DNA of 64,000 nt from the NCBI GenBank assembly GCA_973851085.1, contig OZ316775.1, positions 12,648,001-12,712,000 on the forward strand. Direction: 5' to 3'. Below are positions 34,880 through 49,649 of the stretch, one piece after another. This DNA comes from Ptychomitrium polyphyllum. Lineage: Eukaryota. The notes beneath the pieces are model-generated. The model did not search any database. It saw only the letters and a list, made by a program, of their open reading frames with translations, and was not told the DNA's origin. How positions within the stretch are numbered: the first letter of the stretch is position 1; every line of letters begins with the position of its first letter. The position numbers were made by a program, and so were the translations under genes.

Positions 34880-37800
34880 ATGGTAAAGGGCGATGCCCTG
34901 GCATTGAGCGGCCGTCCCATGCCCCAGCCACAGCCCCAGCACATTAAGAGCAAGAGTGTGGCGCCCGCCTTGGTCACTGTGCGCCCTGACGGTGCCTGTG
35001 TTGTCGTTACCATCGGCGCTCACCTCCGTATCTTCGATTTCACGTACGGCCGCTCTTCCGTTCCCTTCCTTCCTCTGCGACACTGGCGTGTCATTTTTTG
35101 TCACAAGAAGACTCGGAGGAGTTACGGTTAGTATTTGTAGAGTACCAACACTAAGGTGTATTTTAAGTTTGTGTTCTCTGGAGTCCCTGTTCATGTTCGT
35201 TGGACTGAGTTTCTTACAAGACTGTTTATCCTTAGTGTCGAGCTGTTGTAAATAATATCCATGGTTTTTAGTTGAACATATCGTAGTGTATCTTTTGGTA
35301 AAGTCCACCTGAACTCATTAAATTGGAGAACTTAGTTGTAGATACCTGATGATCTAGACTTTAGACTATACCCGGGTTATGTCGATGCTCGGTCCATCCA
35401 TGCATTTACGTACGATATCTTTGCACCAGTTCGGAAGAAGCGAATTTTCTGGAGGAGTGCACACAAAGTTCAAAAGGGCACTATTTGTTTTGCAATGTAG
35501 TTACTAAACATGAGGTACTTGTTGGGGATGTGCAGGTTGCAGTCTGCAGTGGATGTTAAGGATAGTACAAATCTAGCACTGCATGGAGATGCCATAAGGT
35601 CATTTGCCTTCAACTTGGACGGCTCACTATTTGCTACCGTGGGCGACGACAAGCGAGTCAAGATCTGGGATGCCAAGAGCTGGGCGTGCATTAAGACTAT
35701 GTATGTTGGAAATACACTATTGACATTTGCCCTCTCAAATAGAGCAAGCTAAATGTCCACTCTTCGTAGATATTCAGGTCACTTTGTCTCGTAATGTTTT
35801 TTAGTTGATTTCCGTTTGATTGATCTTCACCATCTGTTGTATGAGTAGTACTTTTTCAGTCGGCAGAAGCACGGGAGCATAATAATGACAGGAAAGGTAT
35901 GTATGTCTAGATTTTGTTTCTTAAATCCATTATGCAATGTTGACATAGCTGAAGTTGGAATGATACAATGACAGATGTTTGACAAAGAAAATGAGTGCAG
36001 TCACTTTTAGCAACGACAGTGCATGGTTTATGGTAGCCGATAAATTCGGGATCGTTTATGTTTTCTCTACTTCTGCGGACTCAGTTGATGATCCTGTTCA
36101 GCTATTGGCTCACTGTTGCAGTATCATCACTGACATGGTATCCTCTCGCCACATTCGAATGCTACATTCTAAACCTCAAACCCTAATCTTTTGAATGAAG
36201 CCTGATGCAGTGAGTAGTTTGCACCTGCTCGAGTGCTAATGAAGTCTAACGAAAAACGCAAGTTTGTTGAGATGTATCTCGCCTGCGTTATATATGTCGC
36301 TTTTCTTGTGATGGGGAGAAGCTTCACTCGTGCTCATTGCTGCAACTGCAGATGTGCTCGCCAGACGGCAAGTATATTGTGACCTCGGACCGAGACTTCA
36401 AGATTCGGGTATGTTTCCTTCTCTTTATGAGTACTTGATGCTCTTTTAAATAAATCGGAAGCTTCACAACAATATCTCGTTCTATTAGTACAACGATGCC
36501 GCTGTGACGCAGTCTCCATTTCATTTGTAGGTGACCCGATTTCCCGAGAGGCCCTTAGCAGGAGCGCATGAGATACATACCTATTGTCTAGGCCACAACA
36601 AGTATGTACTTTTATCTCTCTGAAATGGTGTACGTCTTATCTTTTCGTTGAGAATTTTTCGTTCAAGCTAGGATTTTCAAGAAGTGTTGGACTATGAATT
36701 CTCTTTTTGACATCATGATGCATTGTCACAGTAGAGCTGTCTTCGCTGAAAGTTTGAATGATTTACAGATGATGGTGCTGTTACGGTTGTGCAATTCTTG
36801 TTTACTCTTCTTTTAGTGGAGGTATGGGTACCATCTCAGTGCATCACTAGAATGTGAGGTGGACATAGAACTTCTGTTCTATGGAGGTGTTTCTTGAGGA
36901 GGTTTGGCATTTGTATGTAGCAAGTTTAACCCAATCCATGCAGCTTTGTGACTTGTCTTGTATTTGTAGGTTCTGGGGGTTTACTTGTTTCTGGAGGTGG
37001 CGATTGCATGGTGAGGTTCTACGTCCTCTTGAGCATTTTACAATTGCATTCATCTATCTAAGTAACACTATGCCACAAGGTTTTTTTAATTTTGGATTTT
37101 TTTTGGTTGTTTGTTTTGTTTTTTTTCTTATTCTTGTAAACATCAAAAGGACGTATTCAAGTATTTTCGCCTCGTTTAGTTGTTTTGTTGCTTTGTATAC
37201 AATCTGACGATTCCTGGTGTGGCAATAACTATTAGTATATTCTCATATTGGGCTATTCATTGCTATTGTTCCAGATTCGATTGTGGGAATATGAGAGAGG
37301 AACGTTGTTGGATACATTCGATTTAACTCAGGTTTGTGAAAATTTCCTCACATCGCTGTTTTGAAACCGGAGGTTCCGTCATTATAAAGTCTCTGTTCAG
37401 ATCTGCTGATATGTTAGCTGCTTTATGTGCTGAAAACCCTTGGCCTGTTTGGGTAAAGGAAAACATATGCAATTCAAAGGAAGATATCAGGGCAGTACTT
37501 GCACTTGCTGCTTCACCTGCAGAGTCTTTAGTGGCTGCTATCCTTGAGAGGTAAAGTAACTCTGTAGAATATCTTTTTGTAGTTTGTATTTGTTTTTCTT
37601 TCCTGAATCTGTTTGTTGCTATTCTGTTCCTATTGTCACTCCCACCCTTGTTGATGCAAGCAAATTTTTATGGGAGGTGTAGAATTTTTAATTAAAGAAC
37701 TGTTATTAGGGTTGAAGAATTGTCATAAGGTTTTCTTAAGTGGAGCATTTCGTGTCAAGAATTATATTATGATGATTTACTGTTTTACTGGATGTTAGGA

Positions 37801-39194
37801 TTTTATCTGCTATTTTATTATTTATTTATTTAACCAGGATTGGCCAAGCATTTAGATTCTGGATGACTGCTGGATTCAATCTAGTCATTTTGCTATCATT
37901 AATTACAGTTTTCACCCGTCACATTTTTCCTTGATTTTGAGACGGAGTTTGGATTTCTGTGAAGTTATTGCACTAATAGTTTATAAGCAATAAGCCGGAA
38001 GTTTGTGTCACCAAATTGATGACTCTTTTAAGTTCAAAAAGATTAACCCTTTGAAAATGAAATTCTTGATTTTAGTTGCTCATAAATTTCAAAAGTCTCC
38101 AATTGGAGAATTTTACATTTGAAGTCATTAATGAATATAGAGTCAAAGTTTGTCAATATTTTGTTTGTAGTAATGAACTTCAAAGGAATTTTGAATTTTA
38201 GGTTTCAAAGAATGCATTACAACTACGGTGATAGCAAAAGTAGATCTAGCCTTACAAATATAATCTATAAATGGTAATCTAGAAAGTTTGTTATAGCATT
38301 CCTACCAAAAGTTTGGTTTAGCTTTGAAGTTGAAATTATGAAACCTTTCCAAAATGTCAAATTTGAAGAAACCCTTGGATTCAAGGATTAATCTTTCTTT
38401 GAGTTCCTTAATATATAACATTAATTTCTAGACATCCTTTGTGCGCAGATTTGAGGGAGTTCTTATCTTTACTTGTGATATGGCCGAGAAGAATTTGAAA
38501 TTACTAAAGGTGAGGTTCATTGCATTTTCGGTGTACGTTCCTATTAAGATTTTACATAATTGCTGCCAAATTTTCATGCGATTGCCTGGGGCTATGCTGA
38601 AATGTCTGCCATATGGTATTAGTGTAGATAATTTTGTATTATACTGTATTCTGAGCGTTCTTTGAAATAAGGTCCTAGGACATGTGAGTGCCGCTAACTT
38701 TTGTGTGCATCATGAGGGCATTTTGATCCAAAGCCCGTCTATAATTATCCTCGTGTGTGTTGACGGTTTGGATTGTGCAGAAGGTGATAATTCCCGGATA
38801 TTCTCCTAGCAGTCTGTCGTTTGATTGCAAAGGTGACCTGTGGTTGGTGGCGGGGGCTGCTGAAACAGTAGTGAAGGGCGATGAGTTTGTGACACCCGAG
38901 GCAGTAGCTGCTGCACAGATGCAGGCACAGGCTATTGCACTAGCTGCTATCACCCACGTCCAAGTTGTAAGGAACTGTTTGTTGTTAGATGGAGCATCGG
39001 TCCCTGGTAGTGACTCTCTACTGCGGACATTACAAGGAAGTGAAGCTGATGTTACCAAAGTACAGACTGCTACTGAAGCTGCAGAACTTGCTATGAAAGA
39101 CCTGCTGACAAAGAGGCAGTATTCTGCTGAGCAGAGAGAGAATAGAAAGCGGATGCGAAATGATAAGAAGGTGATTTCCATAACTTCTGTGTGA
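34880..39194 (+). CDS. TRM82: tRNA (guanine-N7)-methyltransferase non-catalytic WD40 subunit (TRM82/WDR4 homologue), 10 exons
   Basis: Phase-consistent GT-AG exons: 34880-35043, 35536-35700, 35975-36137, 36352-36408, 36531-36601, 36944-37010, 37275-37331, 37459-37550 (acceptor uncertain), 38449-38509, 38781-39194. Family motifs GDDKRVKIWD, VADKFG, LLAHCCSIITD, IVTSDRDFKIRVT.FP, HEIHTYCLGH, LVSGGGD..IRLW and C-terminal KRQYSAEQRENRKRMRNDKK. Confidence 0.93.
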
Positions 39195-41312
39195 AATGGA
39201 AAATGTTTTGTTCCGAATAATTTATTATCAGTACATTTCAGCCCTTTAAAAGGACGTTCAAATCCGCTGGATCACATAAAAATCGAGTTGGAAGGATACT
39301 TTGTACCATAAAATAGCAAGATCGGGGATGAACAGATAGGCTTAATTCTGCAACTGTGATGAAGAGAATCTGTAAGAGACGCGGAAGATGAGTGCACCAT
39401 ATTGAGTCCGGCATTTAGGGCAGCCCAATGCTTAACGTAGGTCATGAGCAAGGAGGTGCGATTAGACGACCAGCCCAACCTTGGAAGTTTTAAAAATTAC
39501 TGAAGTTTTTTGCAGGTTGGTAGTTGGTATTTTTGACTTTCACATATCACCCTTAGAATAGTCACTGCAAGCCTCAATATTCATAATATGACCATTCCTC
39601 ACAAGACAATGGGTGATAGGAAGTAAACTCAATGTAAATCATGTAATGAAAGTTATTGCTTCCAAGCGCTCTCATTGGTAGATTGAATATCTCAACAGAA
39701 CAAATGTGCTTAGTTCTTCGAACAACAGTATTTCCCATTGATTTTCGAATGTTGAGATTCTTCATTTTGGAAGGATTTAAATCAATTAGTTTTTAAAGAA
39801 AATGAATGCTGTACAAATTACAATTTTGAAATTATGATTTATTTGATATAAATTGTCACGTTTTGATATAAATTGTCACGTTTCACCTTTGTAGATAATA
39901 GCTTGACTGGCTTCCGTAAACCACTTCATTTATAAACTTTTCCTAACAACAACATTACAATATCAAAGTGACATTTAAATACATAAGCTAAACTCATACA
40001 CCATCGAAATTGGGTTGATTCATAATTGGAATTAAATTCGTATCAAATTGTAATCTTGAATGATTAAAACCTTGGATGTCGTTCTTCATCTAGTGTGATT
40101 TTGATAAAATGTCTGGATTGGATTTCAAAAATTTAGATGTTGTAAGAAATATTTTACAGCTATAAATTTAAAAATTTAGAAAGAATTGTATTTAAAGGGA
40201 GTTTGATTTGGATACCTTTTGGTTTATAGAATTTTACCTAAATTTACAATTACTTACCATTTTTGTATTATGAATGCTTAACCAAGAATATAGTAAAAAT
40301 AACTGGGAACATGTTAGAAATTAGAAAAAAATTCCGACGTTGAAACTCTATTATTAGAGGTGTTTGGCAATTTTTAGTTGTGTAATGACATCCAAAGGTT
40401 AAAAGGAAATCATACTACTGCATAGATATCATACTGCATCGAATCATCGCCGCAGTTCAGCTGATTGTTAAATCACAAACGTATTTGTCCAAAGAAGATT
40501 AGCGCTTAGTAGGGCAGAGACGTTCGGGAGGCTACATGTACTTATATATAAACCTGTGTACGTATATTTCTCTTGATAAGTTTCAGGAGACGATATCAAT
40601 AAAAAAATAATATCATAATGTGAACATTCATGTGCACGACAGAAGTAGTTGCTAAGCACAATGATACGTACGCGACGTAAGGCAGAAATGAACAACTAAT
40701 TACTTCTAAATGCCGACTTTGTGTTGCAGTACAGTTGTTACCAATTGTCCCACTACAGTAGAAATGAATTGCAGGAGTCCTGCAACGGAAGTGAGTGGAT
40801 GTTAGAATTAGTCAGGAACACTGAAGTTCACATCTACTTGCAGAAGTAAACCACGGCTTTAGTACTGTAAGAACAAATTCGCTCACTAACTAAAGAGTTC
40901 ATATATATGTATCATGCTTTACGATCCAGAACAAGTATAAATTCCCTCCGCCGCCATCAAGTGGCATCCCAACAAGGTAGACAAATTATTCACCGCATTC
41001 CATACACATTATTGAAACGGGTCTCTCGCTCGCTCTTTCCCGTATAATTTGCTATTAACTTTATCTATTCTAGTCTACTACTCTGTAAAGTTCAGTATGA
41101 ATGTCGAGAGCGTGAAGCTCCACGAGTACTTAAGTCGTACCGCAACGTCAACCGGCAGCCAGCAGCTCCAAAAGGTCGTCAGCGAGTGCGCCCGTGCAAG
41201 TCAGCCACCGTCAAAATTAGTTGATGAGAATTATGATGAATAATCGATATTTATCGGTCACTCAAAGGGTTGATGTGAACGAGGAACCAGCGGCAATGAA
41301 TGTGTGAGCACA

Positions 41313-43746
41313 TCACACAAAGAGCATAGTCTCCTCCATGAGATGCGGGAACAAGTCGCCATCGTCGTACACCGGATACTGCAGCAGCGACGAACTGGAA
41401 TTGGCATGATGTAGTGAGGGGTCGAGCATGTACAAGTCGTTACAGAGCCCCGAATGGCTTTCGGAATTCAGACCATATGCCGTGAACGAGTCGGAGCACC
41501 GGGCAGCCTCCCACTCGACCAGGGGGTTGAAACTGTCGGAATTATTCTCGCCCACGCCTTGAAGGTTCATCTGCCACTGGCTGGTGGGCGACCCCACTTG
41601 GTGCAGCTGAAGCAGCTGCTGCTCATGATGTTTCCCGTTGGACATCCCATCATGACCCGAGTCGGCGACGCCGTTATAGAATTGGCTCAATGCGTCCGGT
41701 AACTCGCAGAGGTTCTGCCAAGGGCTGCTGTTGTGATGGGTAGTAGTATATTGCTGCTTCGTCACATCTACCGGCAAGCCCCCGGCTCCACGGGAGGTAA
41801 CATGGGCTGCAGGGGACTGATGCTGCAAGGGGAAGTCCCAAACCCATGAATCCGAATGCGATCCATGTAAGTGATGATGATACTCGCGAGTGGGGATGAG
41901 ACTCGAAGGTAAGATGCTCTCCAAATTGTCAGGGTTGCGGCTCGAGATAGGGGGGTTAGGTTGCTCTACCAGGGCGGAACTACTCGGTCGCTTGCAAACC
42001 TTGGTAGTTGCAGATGAACTACCATAAGTAGACTCGACTTCTGAAGAGAGAGAGAACAGTCCAGGGCTGCCAGGAGCAGCAGCGGCTAGGGTAGTGAACG
42101 AAGATTCAGCAGTGTCCGCATTAATGGGCCGGGACGCAGACGTCGAAGATGAAGACTCGTCTGAGTAGGGGACTTGGGTGGACAACAAACATTCCTTAGA
42201 CTCCATGACGCCTCCCGTGTCTTCAAACGCCGTCACCGTGCTGGGACCCGTGGAGTCGACGTACTTGGACACCACCTGGTCGAGTGTTCCATGTCCTGCC
42301 TTCTCTGCCTCGAACTGCCGCTGCTGCTGCTGAGACCGCTTCAAGGGGGATATTGCGGTGGACACTTTGCTTCCATGACCGTTCGATCCGCTAAACAAGG
42401 ACACCTTCTCCGACGTCACTGGCATGTCGTCGCTGCGAGAGACCTGCCCAAAGTATCACATGGCACAATGGTCAATGATTTATCAACCATGAGAACCACG
42501 ATCTGAAAATGGAGAACCTCGACTCGTGAACAAGAACGTTTCGTACAAGGAGAACACGAAGCATCGTAAGATTGCTTAAAAAGCTTGAAAGATGAGTCCC
42601 ATTATTCACACCTGGAAGGGTTGGGATCCTGCGCCACAGTAACGGGAAACAAACAGCTCGGCATTGACGATGGGGCTGCGTATGAACTGGTTGAATTGAC
42701 GAATTTGTTGATCAGACTCGCCAGACACGCAATGCCACTGTTCGCGGCGGCCAGGACTGACACGAAAGCCCTCCACCTCCATCTTGTTGATCAAGGGGCT
42801 GGTCAAGGCGTGGCGGGGTTGTTGATGTTGCTTCTCCTCGGGCTGCATGCTAGAATTATTATGCTGAAGCTGCTGGTGTATACTGAGCATGCGGTTGGGC
42901 GAGAGCGGGCGCATTGGCACCGACGCAGGTTGTATCTTCCTGTCCACATACCTACACCCGTGTCCCGGCAACCTGTACTCATCCACCAGCTGGTGTTTCT
43001 GCATCGAAGCTGGCCGATTGAACACATTGCGCGAAGGTGCATCGTAACTGAGTTGCGACGTGCTGTGCCAGTCAAAATTACGCGGCTTATTGGCAGCCGA
43101 AAGGAGAAGCACTTCACCCAGCGTTTTCTGCGCAATTAAATCCACCTGGTGGTGCTGCGTACTGTGCTGCAAGCCATTGGGTGCCGCCAGAGCTGCCGCG
43201 GCCGACAGCAGGCACGTCTCATGCGTGGGGTAGACGAAGTTGGTGCGCGCCTTGAGTCCTCTCATGGACCTCGCCGCTGCAACCAACACACAGACACACA
43301 AGAGGATCATGTTAGCGTTCGCGCTACCATGAACAAGGGTGCATGTATATACGTCTGATTGGTAGATATGATGATGTTCACCCAAAATGCCGAAGGGGAG
43401 GAAACAAATGACGCCAAGGATGGTGGCGATGTAATAGGGCGTGCTTACCAGCGTCGTACGCCAGAGCGGCATCCTCCGCGGTGTCGAAAGTACCAAGCCA
43501 CCGGCGTTCTTTGGTGTTAGGGTCCCTGATCTCCGCCGCATAGCGCCCCCACGGCCGCCGCCTCACGCCTCTGTAGCGACCCTCTTGAACCTTCTTGGCC
43601 CGCTTGATGCTGGCAGCTTTCAGCTTCTGCGACATTGGCCGCGACCCCATTGTCTCCGGCACCAGGGTGTGACGACTGCTTCGTGGTGCGACCAGGGACT
43701 GCTCCCCATGAGCTCCCAGCGACGATGCCTGCACTTTTCCCACCAT
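41313..43746 (-). CDS. AP2/ERF transcription factor, group VIII-b (ESR/DORNROESCHEN/PUCHI/LEP-like), 3 exons, ~697 aa
   Basis: Exons 43746-43449, 43276-42612 and 42443-41313 join in frame across GT-AG introns. AP2 domain [60 protein letters not shown]. Long S/Q/H-rich region and acidic C-terminus. Confidence 0.9.
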
Positions 43747-46700
43747 CTTGCCTCCTCCCTCTGTGTTTCCTTTCTACCCAAATTGCCCCACCAACTTCGA
43801 AACCTATCTTTTTACTTCGTGACCTTACACCTTCCACTAACAGCTCGCTCGCTGCTTACTTGCTCAACCTACTCCAAATGATATTCCGCTTACTTCCGGT
43901 GCACCCACCCACGCTATACTAATATCGTGTTGTTACTCTTGCTTGCTTGGTTGCTAACTCACTCACTCACTCACTCACTGACTGTAATGTAGGATCTGCA
44001 GCAACAGCAGCTCGCTCAAAAAGCCTATGTATAATCCTCGCCTTTGTCACGGTATGTATCAAACGCACCTGCTCCAACCCCTCTGTAGTAGCGGCGGTAG
44101 TGGCCCTCCAAATGAGCATGGAAAAATCGAAGAGCGCTCATCCACTTACTCTCCTGAATCGAAGGCATGCAAGTAAGCATAAGTGAGCTTCAGGGTAGAT
44201 AGAAGTTAGTTCCTGGGCTGCTCGGCCTGTATGTATGATGATTGAGCAAATCCAGAGCCTGGTGCGAGCGTTGGGGGAGCGGAATTTGTGGATCTAGGTT
44301 TGTAAGACGATCCAGACCAGAGTGAAAGAGCATCTTTGTTGTCAATACCGTTAAAAAGGACTCCAAGGACCAGGTACGGCAGTCAGGTAACAATAGCAGC
44401 CAGCCAGCAGGAGCAGTAGCATTGCCCACTTCTACTTTTACAGCCATCTATTGTCTCCCTCAGAAATTGAACTTCCCAAGCTCCACAATGCCGCTTCACA
44501 TGCCTACACTCAGACGAATTTCTCGCTCTTTTCACAGAGTGAGTCACTTAGGGTGGAAACTTATGATAAACAAAGGTAGCCACCCAGCAGTTTGCTACCT
44601 TGTTGGCTTTGGCACCAGTGACCAGCCTAAGTGTAGGCCTCAGATGATCATCCACATCAATGGCATCTAGGAGGCTATAATCAAACATACCAGCGAATCG
44701 TGCTGGCATTTGATATCTCGGCAATAAACTACACTTGTTTAATTCCGCCCACCATCCCCATAACATACCTGAAGGCCAGCAAATTCTCACTCCAGTTCCC
44801 GAGATAGAGCAGTTTCATTCAGCCCGTCATCACGAAAAAGAAGAACGACGACTCCGAAGGACCCGTCGTAATTGTAGCGTCTTTTCACCAGTCACCATTT
44901 CAATCTATGACTCCTTGTCTTCATCCAAATTTACTCGAAAATTCTCCGTCGATCATTGCCAGCGCTGCTGCACTGTTAGAGCTTTTATAAAAAGATTAAT
45001 CCGACACAAGCGATTACCACTATTTGAACTCTAAAGATAAAAAGTGCCCCTGATTAATTATTCCACGTTATACAGTGCCTGCTCGTTTAATTACCGTCTT
45101 TACATTCCTTCATTAAGGAAATGCATTTAAAAGGCTAATTCGTCACAGCAGTAATACCCAAACTTAAAGGCAGAATGTACTATGGAAGAGCAGTCAGAAA
45201 TCACTCATTTTCTGGAATCAAGAGGCAAGCTGTTGCTGTAGTAAAGAAGATTCTTCTAAGAATAATACGCTGAAACTATGATTTCCAAAAAAACTGTTTG
45301 CAGGAACAAAGCTTTGGTAGGAATTGAAATCAAACTTTTGGAAATTGTAGTTTGCATTTAAAGAAAACAATATAATTATCTTGCTTCTCAACTTAAGAGG
45401 TTTATTTGTGATGTTTTGCCTACAGTATAAATCGTTATGTATCATGAAGTTTGTGCTTCTGTAGGGTGCTAAACAGTGATGACATCAGCGCAGCTCAGAC
45501 TGAAAGGATTTTGGAGGTGAAATCTAGTTAGGGTTACGGTGTACAGAAGAGGATGCCAAGCAGATATATTAAGGACTTCATACAATAATTTCCACATGTA
45601 ATTGAATAACAGTTATTGTAATCAGTTGTAAATTGTAATCAGTTGATATAGTCATGATGGTAAATAACATTAAATTATTTATTATCAGGGTTTACAGTAA
45701 GGTCGATGTTTTCTTGGAATTTATTCGTCTAGAAAACTTATTTCTCACACCTCCAGTGGAGCTCGTGTATAATCAGTGATACGCCATGATAGAAAATTTT
45801 CTTCAAAATCTTATGATTCCAAGTTCATACCGAGGGTTAGTTTCTCAAGTCGATGTGAGGTGTGCTTGAGATTGTTTGTTACAGCAGCCTAAGATTGATC
45901 CGGTAGAGGTCTTATAATCTTCCTATCTTGAGCCTCATGTCAAGACAAAACAATATTTTTTAGAACTTCCAGGCGTATTTGTGTGGAGCAAGCATTTGCA
46001 GTTTGACTTATTCTAACTGATGCAAAAGTTATTCTCAGAAGCCTGGTGAGCACGAGAACCAGGAATAGGAGAAGAGGCCTTGGATTGTTGTGACAGAGCA
46101 GAAGGAATTGTTCTTCAGGGGATGCCACTGAATTCTATGGAGAGCAGATATAAATATGAGTGTGGAGTTTGCTAATCTAGTAGTGAAAGTATCTTAGTCT
46201 ATTTGGACGACAAGCTTCCCCCAAGACCGCTGCGATTATCAGATGCCTGCCCCAGGCTTGAGAGAGTAGACTCCCAAATCTTTACACTCTATCCCAATCA
46301 CAGTGTTCCACCTGGCGCTCTACAATCCAAAAATAATCAATTAAGGGGTGTAGCTAGATCCTGGGAAGCAAAAGTTCTTTTAGCACGGTGTTTATACAAT
46401 GTTTGGCTCTAAACTTGGAGGCTTCTATTCTACCTATCGTATTTGCTCCGGACTGGCTGCAACTAGGAGCTGAACTCCGAACTCTCCAAATAGCTATTGT
46501 AGCTTGTAGCTGGGCTAAAATTTGGTAAGTGATATATTGTCAAATTAATCTGGACTTAATTGGTAGAACTAAACACATGTATTTGCCTGAGATCAGCTGC
46601 CGTGTTCGGATTAATAATCTGGTTAATATTCAAGTGCTTCCTTGATGAGCTGATCACAGGATGATGACCACTCAATGCTCAAGAATGATTCTATCTGATA

Positions 46701-49649
46701 CTAGAATCTGATAATTTCTGATTCTCACGTTTTTGTCGTCCTTTTCTTTTCATCACAAGATGCGCTTTACTTTAAATGAGAAAAATCGGATTATAACGAC
46801 TCGATCAGTATAGGTCGTAGCATCTATGACTAAACGTTCCGACAGAATTCAAGTTTTTTCCGCCTGGTGCAGCATGAAGTTTTCTCCACAGGAGGTTTGC
46901 AGTCGCCTCAGTGAATGCTTGCCCCCACACTTAACGGACATTCTACTTCTCCAAGGGAAGTGACTGACAGTTTGTGTTCTCTCTTTTCTTCGAATCAATA
47001 CCATTAGTTCAATGGAAACGAAAAATGCCAAAATTCAAGATTTCATCTTTTTGATATTTTGGACACAATTGGCGCACTGTATATTCCATTGTGAAACAAG
47101 ACAGGATCCCATTTTGGGATATAAGTTTCTGTCAGCCCAATTTGTTTATGCCCATTAGGTTCAGAACCTGCTGCTTGAACTTGTGCTGGATAGTACACAT
47201 AAGGTTGCATCAACTCAGCAAAAACTCCGGGTAGGCCCATGCACAACACCTCACCTTCCATAAATCTTGACCCGTAAGAAGGGTGCTCTCCACTAAATTT
47301 GAGTTGTAGAACTTGGTTTTGGAAATATGATCCAAAATATTGCAGAATATTAAAAAACAGAAATTCATGTTTTCCATGTTCTGTGTGTCTAGAGTGATCC
47401 GGATCCAACGTATGGGGAGCTTAACGCGCCCCATACATACAGGCTACATTGAAGACTGCAGTAAAGTGCAAATTTCATGTACAGCAGCTTTAACCTTTTT
47501 GTTTTGTATTTTATTTCTTACCCAAATACATCATGTGCTGGGTTACTGTGTTCAACCTTTTTGTTACTTAGTTGCTTTAATTTTTTTGATGTTTTGAATT
47601 CAAATTCGAATGATATGTTGTACATGATATTAGGGAAAGCAAGGACTATACAGATGTTCCATCTTCACCGATGATCGATCTAGGTCTCAATCAATAAAAA
47701 AGCAGATTCATACCAGTGCCACAGTTAGTTTGGATACTACTGTAAGCATCTGTGCAATAGAAGCATAGCTTGACTCAAGTTTCGCAGGGTATCCGTATCC
47801 TTTGACCAGCCGGTCCTTGGTTGTTGTTACCTCTTTTCGCAGTGAAGAAAAATTATTTTGCTCGATTTCAGAGGAATAATCAAATTCAAAACAATTAACA
47901 TTCACATGCTAACCAGTAGAAGTTTTTCTGTGTGTTCTATTACTATGCTGAAATATTGAACTTACATGGATTTCAATTTGTAGTGATACTGTAAATGGGT
48001 ATTGGAGGTGGCAACATGGGCAATGGGAAAAGGTGAAGAAGCAGGGGGCATGCCAATGACAAATGCCTTGTGCTGACGTATTAGGACAAATCTCTGTCTA
48101 TCACTATTGAAAGTGGGACACAATGCAGCCTTCGAGTACACTAGTAACCATTAGCATAGAACCTGTTATTTTGCAGCTATTGAAGGTGATGTTTTGGCAG
48201 AGCTTATTGGTAGTCTTGAAGAGAATGAACCAATGAAATGCAAGTTCGGATGGAACTTGTCGAAGGCACGGATGGATAAGCTGGAGGACCAAAAACATAG
48301 TAACTACTTTACAGGTCAGTTGCGACAATAATGTGTTGCTGCAGAGCATAATACTACACAATACGGCTGATGGACTTACTATGCATGCAAGGTTTCTCAA
48401 ACCCAATACTGTTAGTCTTTCAAGGAGCTGGTGGTGGCCTATTGTCTGGTGTTTTGCATTGTTTTGTGACCACTGTGTTCTGGTTTCTACATCTCCCATT
48501 TTCGGACCTGTCTTCTGTATCCTGATTAACGTGGTCATGTTCTTACAGAGTAAGGGTCTAAGGCTTCTTCTATGTTCGTTTGATTTAGTTAATGATCAAG
48601 GGGCACGTGGTGCAGCTGTGACATTGAACGGTGAGTGACAGTAAACGTACAAACTAGAGGCAGTAACTTAAAATTCAGAATGAGCAACCTCGTCATACAA
48701 ACTTATAGTCCAATCAACAAACCTAAGTGGGGCAAGGTTTGTCCACCCGGACAGGCCAGGAACTGATATTGACGCTTAATATGTGGTTAATTAGTCGCAC
48801 CGAAGTAACCGAGATGAATCTGACTGGCAGAGGCTGGCGGCCGGCAGAGGTGAGTGAGGGTCAGAGCCCACCCCCTAAGCTGGCCCATGCATTCCGGGTG
48901 CTCCTCGGCAGTATCCGCCCAATTGTCTTATTAGCTTGTATTCTTATGAGAATAGTTTTGTTTTACTCATAAGTAACGACGCCATGGCGCAACCTGATTG
49001 GCCCATTGCGTAAAGTACTGGTGGCGTGACTTCTAACTTGGGGTGGGAATGTTTGTTTGAACTGGCTGAGGAATCAGAATTTCGGATCTTCCAGTACTCA
49101 CAAGCAGCAGCAGAAGCCCAGGACTATAGATAGGCCCGGGGTTCTAGCTTCTGGATTATCAACTTATTCGACAAACTTCTGCTGAATACCAAGAGGCACC
49201 GGTGCTGTACAAGTGAGTCATTTCCGATGGGCGTAGACAAATTTGAACTTTCGCAGGAGCTATATCGGGCGTAGAGAATGACACCTTTTTCAGTTTAATA
49301 TTAGTTTAGCCCAACACCGGACATGAAGCTCCGCCGACGGTCCCGCGTGGACGCCTGTACGGTCAGGCTTCTGTGCAACCACATCGCCCCACCTCGGCCC
49401 AGCTCGCCATCGCTCGCTACACGGGCGCCGAACCAAAAGCCACCAGCTCCGCCCCCCTCCTAACTGGATAGAAAACGTATATAATCCAGATTAAACGACG
49501 TCAGCAGCCGGGCCAGGTTGAATTGCAATTTCTTGCATCTCCGATACAGAATTTTTCACCTCAACACAGTAGTATTCCTCAGCCAATTCAATTCACACCA
49601 TTTCTCATTGTTTACAATGTTCTTTAACATGCCTAGGCTACTGAATCTA

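Noticed and set aside
34624..35308. ORFs with poly-T, poly-V, DHDQ or RG repeats overlapping the TRM82 5' end
   Set aside because: By-products of the GGTCGT/GGTCTT microsatellite and of GC-rich exon 1.
42606..43541. 311-aa and 370-aa ORFs treated as separate genes
   Set aside because: They are exons 2 and 3 of the single AP2/ERF gene and splice in frame.
45940..48972. Short ORFs upstream of the ERF (for example 47043-47408, 47708-47905, 48104-48538)
   Set aside because: No recognisable domains, and I could not build a phase-consistent spliced model.
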